NCBI RefSeq assembly: GCF_009914755.1 | Contig: NC_060938.1 | Strand: one strand, 5' to 3' | Length of the DNA stretch: 64,000 nucleotides | Origin: the human T2T-CHM13v2.0 reference genome, Homo sapiens | Part shown: positions 18,080 to 32,639 of the stretch, in pieces | How the letters are laid out: each line of letters opens with the position of its first letter | Numbering within the stretch: position 1 is the stretch's first letter | Translations under genes and position numbers: made by a program | Notes under the pieces: generated by a model | What the model saw: only the letters and a program-made list of their open reading frames with translations | Databases searched by the model: none | What the model was told of the DNA's origin: nothing

Positions 18080-18590
18080 TCTATTACTTTTCTATTGCTG
18101 TTGAAACAAATTAGCACAAATTTAGTGTCTTAAAACAGTACAAGTTTATGCTATTTCTGTAGGTCATATGTTTGACATGGGTCTCATTTGGCCAAAATCA
18201 AGGTCCCCATGTCTGCATTATTTTTTGGAGGCTCTAAGAATCCATTTCATTGCTTTTCTAGCTCCTAGAGGCTGTCCACATCCCTTCGCTTGTGGCCCAT
18301 TTCCTCCATTTTCAAGACCATCAATGTTGCATTTTTCTGTGCCCTTCTTTCATAGTCACATCTCCCTGTGCCAGGGCACCAATTTTGTCTGCCTTCCTCT
18401 TTCATTTTTAAGGATCCTTGTGATTACAGTGGGCCCACCTGGATAAACCAGGCTACTCTATTTTAAAGTCAGCTGACTGGCAACCTTAACTCCATTTGCA
18501 TCCTTAATTTTCCTTTTCCATGTAACCTAATTATTCACAGGTCCTGATGATTAGGATGAGGACATCTGTGGGGGTCATTTGCCTACCATA
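18080..18590 (-). mobile_element. MLT1D-like solo LTR
   Basis: ttttaaggatccttgtgattaca.tgggcccacctggataa.ccagg...gtcagctgactggcaaccttaa. Confidence 0.8.
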
Positions 18591-18798
18591 AGAGCTACAA
18601 TAGATCCAGATACCATCTCCTCACACAATAACATCTGAAGACTGAATAGGGGCTGATTCTTCTTTTAAGAAGGAGTGGGGGAAAATTTCCTAAAGCTTTA
18701 CCATCATTTCACTCTCCAGAATTATGTTACGTGCTCATTTCTCACCTAATCCCTGGCAAAGAAAATAAATTATCAATGCTTGGACTAGGTCTATCTCC

Positions 18799-19097
18799 AG
18801 CTGGGCGTGGTGGCTCACGCCTGTAATCCCAGCACTTTCGGAGGCCGAGGTGGGTGGATCACGAGGTCAGGAGTTTGAGACCAGCCTGACCAACATGGTG
18901 AAACCTTGTCTCTACTAAAAATACAAAAATTAGTTGGGCGTGGTGGTGGTGCACGCCTGTAATCCCAGCTACTCAGGAGGCTGAGGCTGGATAATCTCTT
19001 GAACCCGGGAGGCAGAGGTTGCAGTGAGCCGCCGAGATAGTGAGTCACTCCAGTGTGAGTGACAGAGTGAGACTCCGTCTCAAAAAAAAAAAAAAAT
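18799..19097 (+). mobile_element. AluSg/Sc-type
   Basis: ggatcacgaggtcaggagttt; TSD tctatctcc. Confidence 0.95.
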
Positions 19098-19414
19098 CTA
19101 TCTCCTGGGGCTGAGGAGGGCCCAGGCTTTTGTGAGGAAAGTGGGCTTCTGACACCTGAATCATATTGGGTTTCTGGTAACAAGAAAGGTAGAAAATGGC
19201 TTTGGGTATACTTTATTCTATAATGTCACCATGATAATGGCCACTAATTATCCACTAATTGACCGAAAAAAACTGAAGGACAGAGAGGAGAGAGAGAGAG
19301 GTGTTTTTTTCTGTTTAATTATTTAGCCCTCACCTCATGTTGAAGAGGGCAAAAAGATTTGAGATATCTAGAGAAAAGAAAGGAAAGAAAAATAATATAT
19401 TTTAAATGTATGGA

Positions 19415-19513
19415 TGTTATTATCAGTCAGGGTTCCATCAGATAAATATATATATATTTTGATCCCCAGCTTCCACAATTATATAAGGCCACATCCTTGT
19501 AATAAGTCCCTTC

Positions 19514-19548
<35 letters not shown>

Positions 19549-19865
19549 ATGCATATATATGTACAGATTATACATACAGATGCATACATGTACTTACATG
19601 TATACACATACGCATACATAAATGAGGGATTTGTTATAGGGATGTGACTTTATGTAATTGTGGTAGCTGGTCAAGCAGTATCTGGAAGGCTGTCATCTTC
19701 AAGTCTGGTACTGAAGCTTGTGGATACAGTGTAGGCGGGGAAGGAAAGATGGCTACAAAGTACAAAATGCAAGAGAGCAAGAATAAGCTGGAATCACCAC
19801 TCTGAGTGGGATCCAGATCCATCAAGGAGGAACAGAACCTGCGCAAATTCTTGTTGCTTCTGATC
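19415..19865 (-). mobile_element. MLT2-like ERVL LTR fragment with internal (TA)n/(CA)n microsatellite and inverted duplication
   Basis: atcagtcagggttc start and TA/CA tract are typical of MLT2; inverted arms 19466-19512 / 19624-19670. Confidence 0.6.
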
Positions 19866-20685
19866 TTTCTTTAAAGCCTGTTCAGTCTTACTCAGATTCC
19901 AGTATTTGAGGTACTCAGTATCTGTTGCTATTCCTGGCTTTTTTCCCCCTGCATTTGAACTTTTTTAACATTTAAAACACTGGCAGATTTAAACATTAGA
20001 ATAGGTAATGTGCATTGATTAGGGGCCTCTACTAAAACTTCAAGGGCTTGGTTTTCTGGAAGCATATTGGGGAAAGGGAAAGTATTAGTTAAAAAAACCA
20101 TATATTTCAGGTGTTTTATCAGGCGGCTTCCTTTGTTTACCTTTTCTTTGCTGTGCTAAGGCATATGAGTGATTTAAAAATCAACTCTCTAAGTCATTTG
20201 TTTCTCTTCAGTGAACAGGAATGATACATAATACTTTAACAATCCTGGTTACGGTCCGTTTTACATTTGATATTACTTTTTGGTCACTTAGGATAAACTC
20301 CCTCTCTCTGAATTATTGTGGTTGGTAAATGCAACACAACATAGTGCTTAAGGTTAAGTGGCTATATATTTAACTCAGAGTAATGATCTCACAAGGCAAA
20401 TATTGCAAAAAAATTCAAATTGTGTTTATCAACAATATTAACTATAGTCAATTATTAATAAATGTACTTATTAATAAATGTAGGAAGCATTTTTGCAAAA
20501 ATCATGTTTGAATTAAAGGGAAGGGAAAAAATTTATTGAATGCGTAGGATTTGTCTGGCACATGGTAGGTGTCCTCATCTCACTAATTCACATCACAAGC
20601 TTGTGGGGAGTAGTCTCCAATGTACAACAGAGAAAACCATGCCTTAGAGTCTCCCTTTACATCCCAAATGCACTCATTTGTCTCA

Positions 20686-21343
<658 letters not shown>

Positions 21344-22912
21344 TTAAAAAAATTAGGACTGATTCTAGTAAGCTTGGGTTTCCTTAGTAAAGTTTATTGT
21401 AGGTATATTACAAGATAATACATTTAAATACACTGACTTGAAATAAAACAGTAGGCTGTGTTTATGTATGTATACATGCACATTCACACACTCACATATT
21501 TTCTGTTAGGGAGAGGGATTATCCAATTTGTCTCTACATTAAACAAAATGTTAAGAGGGCATGGTGGTAAAACAGCACTTTTTCTTTCCTTTTTTTTTTT
21601 CTTTTAGGGAGTTATTTGTAAGGTGTGTGTTTATATACATAAACTGTTATGTAAGCATTTGTATGCTAACATTGATGTCTGCTCATGGCATTCGGAATAC
21701 TGTTCTCTTTTAAATTCTCTATGTCAAATTTAACTTAAAACTGTGATTATCAGCATTCTCATCAAATTATTATATGAACTCCAATAAATTACTTAATTAA
21801 TTGTATCATATTTCTAATTTGAAAATGAAGAAAGGTACTGACTCCCCAAATTACCTTATTCAAAACCCAAGTCTATCCACTCTTAGAAGTTTCCTTTCCT
21901 TCTCCTTCTTTTTGGCTTTTTGTTGTATTATCTTCAGTTTACACAGAGCTTCAGTATAATCAGTAGTCATTACTTTTGCACCACACTTTAAAACGTTTAA
22001 GTTGTGAGTAGAAAAAGTAGATATATAAGGTTAAATAAATTTATATTGCTGTTTCCCAAACACATCCATACAGCACATTATTTTGTTTTCCTGTTATTAC
22101 AATACTACAATTTTTATAGTCTATGAAGACTGAAACATGCTTGGATGAGAATGGATGCACCAATTGTTTCTTCCATGGTGTTACTTGGCTCCTGTGATGT
22201 CAAAAGCTGCCATACCGACCTCTACTAGTCACACACACCAATTGGGATTGGATCCAGGCTACTGTGTATTGGAGAGGGTAGCTCAGCAGTGACTTAGGAA
22301 AGTGAGGATACAGACCTGCCCCATTGTTTATGGAGCGAGGGAAGTTAGGCAGGCAAAAAAGAGCTGAATTTTGGGTGAGTTGCAGATTTGCGGTCCCAAG
22401 AAGCAGCAGTTTGGGGCTGGTTCTTTTGGTTTCTTTTCTCCATCTGTTCCAGTGTAAAGACAGAGATATCACTGACACCCTGATCCCATGCCCAGGGCAG
22501 GAACATCTAGCATCTACCTAAGTGAACTGTTTGTCAGGTAGAGGACCTTTCTCATTTCATATTTATTTTATTTCAGAGGACCCATTCTTTTTTTCATGCC
22601 ATGAGTGGGGAACGTTATCTTTTTTTCCTTATAGATCCTGTTTTATTTCTGGTTTCCAGACTACCTGGAACTGAATTTTTTATAGAAACATAGAGGGGCA
22701 GGATTTGTATTTTAAAAAGAGTTAACATTGTACAATTGTGAATATTTTCCAGGATCAGAAATTGAATATAAAATTATACAAGTGATTTGTCTGTTCACAT
22801 AGACATTTATAGCTCTGTCTATTTTGAGTGGATTCTCTGCTTATGGTCATGCTGACTGTTTCCATAGCCACATGCCTAGATGTTGAAAACAATTATCTAG
22901 GCAGGAACTTTT

Positions 22913-23119
22913 TATTTTATTATCATTTTTATTTCAGTAGGTTTTTGGGGAAACAGGTGGTGTTTGGTTACATGAATAAGCTCTTTAGTGGTGACTTCTG
23001 AGATTTTCATACACCCTTCACCTCATCAGTGAGCTCTGTACCCAATGTATTGTTTTTTTATCCCTCAACCCCCTCCTACTCTCCTCCCAAGTCCCCTAAG
23101 TCCATTGTATCATTCTTAT
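22913..23119 (-). mobile_element. Short L1PB-type 3' end
   Basis: Perfect 15-bp TSD taggcaggaactttt (22898, 23120); gaaacaggtggtgtttggttacatgaataag. Confidence 0.9.
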
Positions 23120-23219
23120 TAGGCAGGAACTTTTCTGGTGATTTTATTTCATGACCATATCATTCAAATAACTTGCCCTAGAGTTGATTTGGAAACATAG
23201 TGAACAAAATATTAAAATA

Positions 23220-23700
23220 TTACAATTTGACAATGTCTATTAAAATAGAAAAAAATACACATACACACACAGAAATATATATTCCCTTGACCTAGCAATT
23301 CCTCTATCAAGAATTTGTTTTACTAAAACCATCTGAAAAGTGTTCAGTGTTACTAGTTGGTAAAAGATTGGTCAAATAAAGGCATAAACTTGGAATCAGA
23401 TGCTATTCGGCTATTAAAGTGAATGAGATAGAGCTATAAGTAACTATAATAACTGCAAAAAAGTAAGTTGCAAAAGAGTATATTATATGGTCAATTTTGT
23501 CTTAAATATCTAACATATACCGAATAACACACACAGGTATCTTTGTATATCTATTTAGAAAAGCTAAATAAACATAATTGTTATCCTCTGGGGAGGTAGG
23601 TTTATGGGGCACATTTTCTTTCTCTGTTATATATTTTTAAAGTGTTTTTTGATTTCTAATAATTATCATGTATTCCTTTTGAAATAAAAAAATACTTAAA
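23220..23700 (+). mobile_element. Very old L1ME-like 3'UTR remnant
   Basis: cccttgacctagcaattcctct...tgctattcggctattaaa... Confidence 0.5.
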
Positions 23701-24970
23701 ATACCCTATTTATTTATTTTTTGGCTCCATCAAAGCAAGTCAGGAGGTCTAACCAGGGGGAATATTGGGTCTGAGATCCTGGGGGATCTGATGAATTAGG
23801 CCTTGGACATCCCTGCTCACTATGACATTTTATCTAAAAAGTCTTATTCTGACTAGACCATCAAGCCTAATTAAAAATGGAAAATTCATGGAAGGAGAGG
23901 CCTCTCTGTATGCCCCAGGGGACCCATTCTTCCTTGGCTCCCTTTGGATCCTTCCAGTTCATTAGCTAAGAAGGAATTAGGGGAGCTGGCTCTAGCCACA
24001 GCTGCTGCCTTCTCGAGTGTTGCTCTGATCTGGTCAGCAAAACCCCTGGTGGAAAGCAGCAGGCTCTGAGTGGCTGCCAGCCCAGCCTGCTGGCTGCCTC
24101 CAAAGCAGGCCTGCTGGCCTGGACCACCATACCTTGGTCTTTCCCATTCTCTCTCTCTAAGTCATTGTGCTGCAGATCATCAATTGAAAATACAGGGAAT
24201 TGGGGGGCTTTATTCTTTAGGGTGTGGTGTGCCAGGAGGGAGGCATTCAGACCCTGGGTCATTACTAGGGATAATCCCAGACCTGAGATCTTAGAGGTGA
24301 CCAGAGCCAAAGATCTTATTTGAGTGAGAAACATTATGTACTCTAACAACTGGACGTGATACTCCTGGGGTGTTTAGATTATAAAAGAGAACTGCTCTTC
24401 TTTGGTACTCTTTCCTGTGGGCCTAAGGCCCCCATTATGGGATGCTCTCACATTCACCACAGCCCATGAGAAGCCCGAGAAAGAACACAAGACGGAGAAC
24501 AACGATCTTACTAATTTGAAGGTGGCAGAGCAGAATGAGTTACATAGCAATTAATCACATAAGGAACACCTGAATCTGGTTTAGTATAGTGACTACCCAC
24601 ATGACAATGGAAATGGAAGAGGGAGATTCAGAGGGTCTATTAGAAGACAAGAATTTCTGCTTGAAAGGTTCCTCTCTGCTCCTTAACTCCAGAACTGTGC
24701 TCCCTTAAACCATGTTACATCACAATTGGAAAATTGTAGCTTACTCTAGTCATTTTCTGACTACACCAGAGTTTCTATAATCTTGATTCTCTGCCCCCCC
24801 ACCCCTTTTATTGGTAATTATTATTTTGAAATCAAAAGAGATGGGGTAAGCAAAACCAAACTGGCTCTGTGAAAATAGCCTCTTTCTTCACTTGAGGCCT
24901 AATCATTCAACTTTCCTTAGATTTTAGTCAGTTTTTGCCTTCGTTGTTTAATAAGGAAAAAAACTTGCAT

Positions 24971-25193
24971 TTTTTTTTTCTTTCCAACTCTTAGGTTCAA
25001 GGGTGCATGTTCAGATTTGTTACACAGGTGAATTGCATATTGTGGGAGTTTGGTGTACAGATACTTTTGTCACACAGCTAATCAGCATAATACCTGATAA
25101 GTAGTTTTTCAGTCCTCACCCTGGTCTCACCCTCCACCCTCAGGTAGGTCCTGGTGTCTGTTGTTCCCTTCTTTGTGTCCATGTGTACTCAAC
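24971..25193 (-). mobile_element. Short L1PA15/16-type 3' end
   Basis: TSD aaaacttgcat (24960, 25194); ggtgtctgttgttcccttctttgtgtccatgtgtactc. Confidence 0.9.
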
Positions 25194-26431
25194 AAAACTT
25201 GCATATCTTGATTGCTGAGATTGCTTTTCTTGTGTCATTGTAGAAATCAAGTATTTTAAAAACAATATCTGTGTGTAGCTAATTCAAGTAGGGAAATCTG
25301 CATTTCAGTAGGGATAAATTACACTAAAATTGATCTCACATAGCTTCCCCCTCATCTTTTTCAAGCCAAGAAATTTTCTGCTTATGGCGAAGCCCACTGG
25401 AACTCAGTAATATCTGTGTTCTTTCCTTCCTAGGCATACAGTTAGACCTTCAGGGACTGTTTACACAAGAGTGCTGTTAGCCTCAAGGTCAAAATATTGA
25501 CTTTCCATATATCAAGACTAAGAACAATTAAAATAATTTTCTTTAATTACAGCATAATGTTTAGAAGTAAGAGACATTGTTATTAAGTCGTTTCTAAGAT
25601 GCCTTCCAAATACGATGTTCTGATCCTCTAAGTTTGCTTGTAACTGAAATTGACTAACTTTAAAAAATAAATTTATTAAATAGATTTGTGAAGCTCACAT
25701 GGTTACAGAAAACAGAATCTCACAAGTATAGAAGCCATGGTAGCTCCAGGTAGTTCCTTTGGTGGAACTCACAGAAAGGATCACAGAAAGTGATTGCTGT
25801 CGTCAGAATGGATGAGTTCCACTAACCTTCCATCTGTTCCTTCGTTGGCCCAATATTCCAATTCCTGGGGGAAAGGATCAGATCTTGATTGTCTATATAC
25901 CTACCCCTTGGCCAGGATAGGATGTCAAGGCTAAGAGTAACACACGGAAGATGGAAGGGCAACATCCCCCAAAGAAAGACAGGATTCTAAAATATCCCTT
26001 TAGAAATGTAAAAAGTGGTAGCAGGAAAAGTAGCAGCAAAGTTAGTTGGCTGTTACTCTGTTTCACCTGGTTGTGTCCTCTGAAGGATCTGTGTATTCTT
26101 TCTTTGTCTAATATCTGAAAAGATTATGTTAACACATAAAACTTTAATAGGGTAGAGCCCACACGACTTACCACCTAAATGTGCCATCCTTTAATGCTAT
26201 CACATTGGGTCTTAGCTTCCAACATACGAATTTTGGGGAGACGTGTTCAAACCATAGCATCACTCCAAAAGCTTAAATGGCGCACATCTTCTTTCTCTGT
26301 TTTATATAATATATATTCTGTCATAATAGAATATATATTCTGTATATATTATATATTTAAGACAAAATCGACCCTATAATATACTCTTTTGCAACTTACT
26401 TTTTTACAATATTTAGTTGCTTACAATATGA

Positions 26432-26820
<389 letters not shown>

Positions 26821-27309
26821 TAAATAATTGCAGTTTTTCATACTATGCTTAAATTAGCAACATTAGCAGGTTTAGTTGGGAAATATCTTAAGGTTGAGAG
26901 CAGTTTTTAAAACATTTATTTTAAATCTTAGTGAGAAAAAACATTTGGGCTTATTAGCATCTGAGGTCAAAAGGACAGTGAGTAAATTATATAATGTCTG
27001 TTTATTGATCCTTAAGTCACTGGACTTTCAATCCACAATATCACCAGCTCCTTGTGTGGGCTACATGTGCTCTGTGAAGTGCAGTTACTTCATTAAAAGA
27101 AAAACTATTTATTTTGAAATAATTTTAGATTTACAGAAGATTTGCAAAGCTAGTACAGAGAGTTCCAAAAAACCCGTCACTCAGCTTCCTCTAAATGTTA
27201 ACATGTTATGTATCCATAGTTATATTCATTTTTTTCAGTGGCTTAGGATGAACAATCATTTAGACTTAGAAAGTGATTCGTTTAAAAGAATGAGATTTTA
27301 TATAGACCA

Positions 27310-27500
27310 CACTTGAATTTAGGTCCTATATCATATTTGTTAGCAAAATTAAGCAATTCCAGGCAAGTTACTTTTCTGTAAAAATGGGGTGCCATCTTTC
27401 TTACTAGGTCCTAGTGGGGATTAAACATACATGGAATCATCTTGTAAGGTTTTGTGTACTATAAGGTACACAGTAGATGCTTAGTAAATGTTCATTTCTT
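27310..27500 (+). mobile_element. MIR
   Basis: ggcaagttact...ctgtaaaaatgggg...cagtagatgcttagtaaatgtt. Confidence 0.65.
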
Positions 27501-29249
27501 CTTCCCTCTCCCTCTCTCACCATTCTTTTTTTTTTTTTTTTTTTTGAGCAAACACGACAATGGACGTTCTTTTTGCTCCCTTCTATCCCTTCCTTCTCTC
27601 CTTTCTTTCTTCATATCATTGGACAATGTTACTTTTTTCTAGGCTTTTGGTTTCTGCTTTTGTATCTGTCCCCAACCATACTGCTTTGTCAGTCCTCCAG
27701 TTCCAGCACTTTCTGATGCTGAGTGAAGAGATGACCTTTTTGACCTGTTTCTCAGCCTCTTGCTGATTTAGCCTGAAAGCTTCAATGTTCATCAACCTGA
27801 GTCTGAAGTACAAAATGTTTCCACATCAGTAACAAGGACACAGAGTAGTTGTAAGGAAGAAAATGAAACCAACTATAGGTTGCAAAATATGTGACTGTAG
27901 GGGCACCCAGACAAGAATATAAACTCTGAAAGACAACTCAAGCCCCCCTACACTTTAACACTGGAAGGGATCCCTAGTACATGAAGCTTAAGATCCTTTA
28001 TATAAATAATCAAAATTTTAGCCGGTGGGACTCAGATCCTTAATGGGCTAATCTACTCTTGTCATTTACTCTGACAAATGTCCACAGGGAAGGGAAACAG
28101 TACAATACTGGCACCATTTCACCTCTCAACAAAAATCTGCTTAAAACCAGATGCCTAGTGGCCATATGACAGACGTTCCACCCTGAGGAGGAGGCTCCCC
28201 TCAGGGATCCAGGAGAGACAGGGGTGATTATGCTGCACGCCTGCTTCCAAGCATAATAGGCAGACAGGGAGGGAGAGATGGAGCCCTGAACATCTTGGAG
28301 GTGACACCCTCTGGGCCACAAGTACTCCATACAGGATTTAGCACAGCTCAGCAGCTGTCCCATGGTGGCAGCCCTTTCTGCCATATGGGGGGAGCAAGAT
28401 TGGGCATGGAATTGGCATCCCCAGGCTGGTACAAACACCATTGTGTATGTGAAAATGTGGGTCAGAGGCCTGATTTGAGAGTGAGGGAGGAAAAGGGGGG
28501 AGAATAGGTACTGTCAATAATTCCCAGTGGTTCTTTAAAAAAATTTTTTTTAATTCAAGGACTAGTCATTCTGGTCCCTAAGTCACAATAGAAGAGAGGG
28601 GTGAGTGTTACTTTGCCATCATCAAGGGCTACAATAAGGAAAAACAATAATCAGTGTCAGGTTGGCAAGGAGTTTCACTAAGAGGAAATGTTTGCCCATG
28701 GTGGGTTTGTTCAGAAGTCTACCAGGAATCGTTGGAAAGATCACCAGATGAAAACTCCACCATTTAGTAAAGAAAATGGAAGCTGGATGTGAGGAAAGTA
28801 GGATTTCTGTAACAGCCACATGTTCAAATGTGTAGCAGGGCAGGAAGTAGGGTGCTGAGGCCTGAAAGTATCCTTGACTGTGGAAGCTGTGGCTGGGCCA
28901 GGAGGACCAGAAGGCTCCTTCTTTTACTGAGTGATGCTGGCGGCGGAGGGGGAGAAAAGGGGCAATCAGGGACCTATTTTTTTATGGTTAGAGATTAAGT
29001 CATTAGCATTAAAACATATTGGGTATTTGAACTTTGTAGGGTGGTAGAAATATAATCATTTTGACTAAGGGCTCAGTGTTAGGAATATTTGAGTTTGTGG
29101 AAATATAATTTGTTGTCTTTTATTTTAGAAGAAAAACACTAACATGTCATATCAGTACAGCCATATGACCTAGTGGAAAAATGGCTGAGAAACAACAAAC
29201 TTGATTTGTGGTCTAGATTCTTCACTGATTTAGTTTTTTTATCCATCAC

Positions 29250-29490
29250 TGGGATGACAATAACAGCTACTTAGCCATGTGCCAGGTACTTCCTATGTAT
29301 TAGCTCATTTAATCCTCCAGAAAGCCTTTGATACAGGTGCTCTTATCATCCTCTTTATTTTATAGTGAAGGAGGTGAGCCCTGAGTTAAGTAACTTACCC
29401 AGTGTCATATAGCTAATGAATGATAGAGCTGCCTTCGGATCCTAGGTTGCCTGGCTCCAGAGCCTATATGTTCAACTTTCATATGATACT
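29250..29490 (-). mobile_element. MIR
   Basis: ctcatttaatcctc...gttaagtaacttaccca...ctggctccagagcc. Confidence 0.8.
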
Positions 29491-29869
29491 GTCCACTCTA
29501 TTTACCTAAGAGAGTGTGGCAAAGATAAAATTAGGTAATAGAAAGGAACAGGCTAGTTTTGAGATGGCTACCAGACTTGAAAGAGCCCACCCCTTGGAGC
29601 CTGAAAAAGCTTACCATCTTCCTGTAACTAGCTGCAAATTATTTAATTTTATAATTTTTTAAATCTTAGATGGGAATGGTAATACTTATTTTGCTGGTTG
29701 CTCAAGAAACACTATAGCGTTAAATTTGTAGTAGGAACTCAAAAATTGGTGGCTATCATTGTTTGCTCCTGTTTTCATATATCAGTCTTGAGAACCAGGG
29801 CCACATGTATATTTTGGTATCCAATTTTAGTTATAATGGGACTGAGCACAAAGCTGTCATTCAGCTATT

Positions 29870-30110
29870 AATAATAATGGCTAATGGCTAATGCTTACTG
29901 GGGGCTTCCCGTGGGCCAGGTGCTTGGTTCCTGGAAGGTTCTTTATATACATTAACTCATTTTACCACCATAAGATGAAGAAGATACTCTTGATGCCACA
30001 GTTTTACAAACAAGGAAACTGATGAAGAGGTGTTAAGTAACTTGCTGGTAGTTACACAGCTTGTAAATGACAGAGCTGGAATTTGAAACCAGTAGTCTGG
30101 TTCTTGATTA
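29870..30110 (-). mobile_element. MIR
   Basis: ttttacaaacaaggaaactga...ttaagtaacttgc...gagctggaatttgaaacc. Confidence 0.8.
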
Positions 30111-30289
30111 CTAATTAGTGATAGAATCATAATGTTGGAAGACGAAATAAAGATTTTATAGTTCAACCTTATGCCCCACAGTGGGAGTTAATTAATATTA
30201 AGTAACTTAATATTTTTGAGGGTTCCTTACTCACCTTCTGCTTGTCTGTCTTCAGTAATAAAGTGCTCACTGGCCCAATGAGAAACCCT

Positions 30290-30640
30290 GTTAATTTTTG
30301 GGCAGTTCTTTGTGTCAGCTTTCCAATGTTAACCTAAAACCAGCTTTACCCTTTCTTTTTTCATTGATCTAGTTTTTGAGGTACGCAGAACAAGGTTAGC
30401 TCCCTATTTATGACATCGCTTTGCTACTTGAAAACAACTACCTCCTCTTTTCCAAGCCAGCAACTCCAATTTTCATCAATGGTGACTCATCACCCTGGCT
30501 GGGCTACTGACTGTCTTTTTTTATGGCTGGTACAGTAAAATATGATTATTATTGTCCATCAATACTACTTTATTCCTTTCTCAATGCAGGTTGAGATTGC
30601 ATTAGCTTTTTGGACAACGTATCCTCACAGTTTGCTCCCA
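30290..30640. mobile_element. L3/CR1-like remnant
   Basis: aatgcaggttgagattgcattagctttttgg resembles CR1/L3. Confidence 0.45.
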
Positions 30641-30657
30641 TTGGCTTTAGGTAACTA

Positions 30658-30971
30658 CAGTAGTCCCCCCTTATCTGAGGGGTATATGATCCAATACCCC
30701 CAGTGCATGCCTGAAATTGTGCCCTATACAGTATATGCTATATGCTATGTTTTTTTCCTATACATACATACCTATGATAAAGTTTAATTTATAAATCTGG
30801 CACAGAAGATATTAACAATAACTAATAAAATAGAACAATTATAACAATATACTTAATAAAAGTTATGTAAATGTAGTCTCTCTTTCTCTCAAAATATAGT
30901 ATTTTTGGACTGAGCTTGACTACAAGTAACTGAAACTGCAGAAAACAAAACTGCAGATAAAGGGGCTACTG
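30658..30971 (-). mobile_element. MER44A-like Tigger MITE
   Basis: TIRs cagtagtccccccttatc / gataaaggggctactg; preceded by TA. Confidence 0.85.
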
Positions 30972-30983
30972 TGTAACCTCCTA

Positions 30984-31351
30984 TGTATTAATTGGCTCGA
31001 GCTGCCATAACAAAATACCATACATAGATTGGATGCTTAAACAACAGAAATTTATTTTGTCACAGTTCTAGAGGCTAGAAGTCCAAGATGAAGATTCTAG
31101 CTGATTTGGTTTTTGGTGAGGACTCTATTCCTGACTTGTGGACAGTTGCTTTCTTGCTACACCCTCACATGGCCATTTCGAGGGTGTTTCTCCCTCTTTT
31201 GTAAGGATGCCAGTCCCATCGGATTAGGTCCCCACCCTTATGACTGTACTTAAATTTATTATCTCTGTTTAGGCCCTATCTCCAAATACAGTTATATTGG
31301 GGGTAGGGCTTCAACATATGATCTTGGGGGGACACAGTTCAGCCCGTAGCA
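30984..31351 (-). mobile_element. MLT1A0-like solo LTR
   Basis: tgtatta...gctgccataacaaaatacca...ggccctatctccaaatacag...cagcccgtagca. Confidence 0.85.
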
Positions 31352-31899
31352 TCTTCTCATCATAGACTGTGCTACCAATCTGTGATGGAGAACTGAAGGA
31401 AAAAGGGCCATGGTTGTTTAATCTTGGGCTACGGTGCAGTGTAAGAGGAGTTGAAACTGCCCCTCTGCCTTTGGGGGCTGTGCTCCTTGTTTCTGTAATC
31501 CTACTGGGTCCCTAATCTTCTTCTTTCTTGATTTTGAGTAGTTGTGATACTGACAGAGTGGGGACAGAAAAAGCTGAAATCTGTTATTGCAACAGTAACA
31601 GAGCTTCAAGTCTAGGAATTTCCCCAGTTATCTCTTACGGGGCATTTGCCTTCCTGCCATAGGGAACAGATGCAGGGAGGGCAAGTTGTAACCTGGGGCC
31701 TTTAATCATAAAGGCATAGGGAGCCCTACCCAGGACATTCACTCATGGCAGGGTGACTGGTGATCTGCCAGAGAAATCCCAGCAGCCCTTGCTGAAAGGC
31801 ATAAGGTAGGGAGATCCACAGCTCCTGTGACCCAACCTGTTTCAGCCTGGAAGATAATGGAGGACAGAGCGAGCAAGGCATGTGTGTGTTCATTAGTAT

Positions 31900-32370
31900 T
31901 CTTTAGAATACAAGTGCTAGAAAAACCCACCCAAAGTGCTTTAAGCAAAATGGGAATTTATTGGTTCACATAAATTTATTGCTGCCAGTGTACTTTGGTC
32001 CAGTACTCAAATATTATCACCAGGATCTGTCTCTATGTTTGCTTTGTCTAGCTGTCAGCTTTACTGGCTCACTTGGTGATTTAATCCTCACATTACGAAT
32101 TCCAGAAGAAAAGTAAATATGTTTTCTTGGCTGTGACTGGGTTATGTGCCATACTGGAACTAATCAGTGTAGCCACAGGGATGGGTATGGTATTATTATA
32201 AGCCAGTCCAGGACCCCCCTGTTGCTAGGGATGGAATCAGTTCCATGGAAACCATATGACTGGAGAATGGTGGAGGGTGGTTTCCCAAAGGAAATTTTAG
32301 ATCCTCTTTTCCAAAGGAATCTTTGGATCCCTTGGAAACTTTGGAAATGCTTGTTGGACAGAAATAATAG
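31900..32370. mobile_element. Old MLT1 (J-N-like) LTR
   Basis: ctttaagcaaaatgggaatttattggttcac...ggaactaatcagtgtagcca. Confidence 0.55.
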
Positions 32371-32587
32371 GTGTTTATTACAGACATTTTTTCACATGGC
32401 CCCACAAACAAATCACAGTATAATGTTACCGGAATGTCCCTGGAAATTACAATAAGGTGTCACTTTCTCTTCCTATTTTTATTACAGCCACTTTGTGTTT
32501 TTATATGCTGAAGTATAGGACTATAGTCACCTCAGATTATCTTCCACTTATTTCTGAGCTTTCCCCTCTGGTCTTGTCACTTGTGCG

Positions 32588-32639
32588 CATCCATCCATCC
32601 ATCCATCCATCCATCCATCCATCCATCCATCTGTCCATC
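32588..32639 (+). repeat. (CCAT)n tetranucleotide microsatellite at an L2 tail
   Basis: About 11 near-perfect CCAT units. Confidence 0.95.

Noticed and set aside
26876-27316. 146-aa ORF
   Set aside because: Non-ATG start, AT-rich, overlaps an old L1-like fragment, no recognisable domain or splice context.
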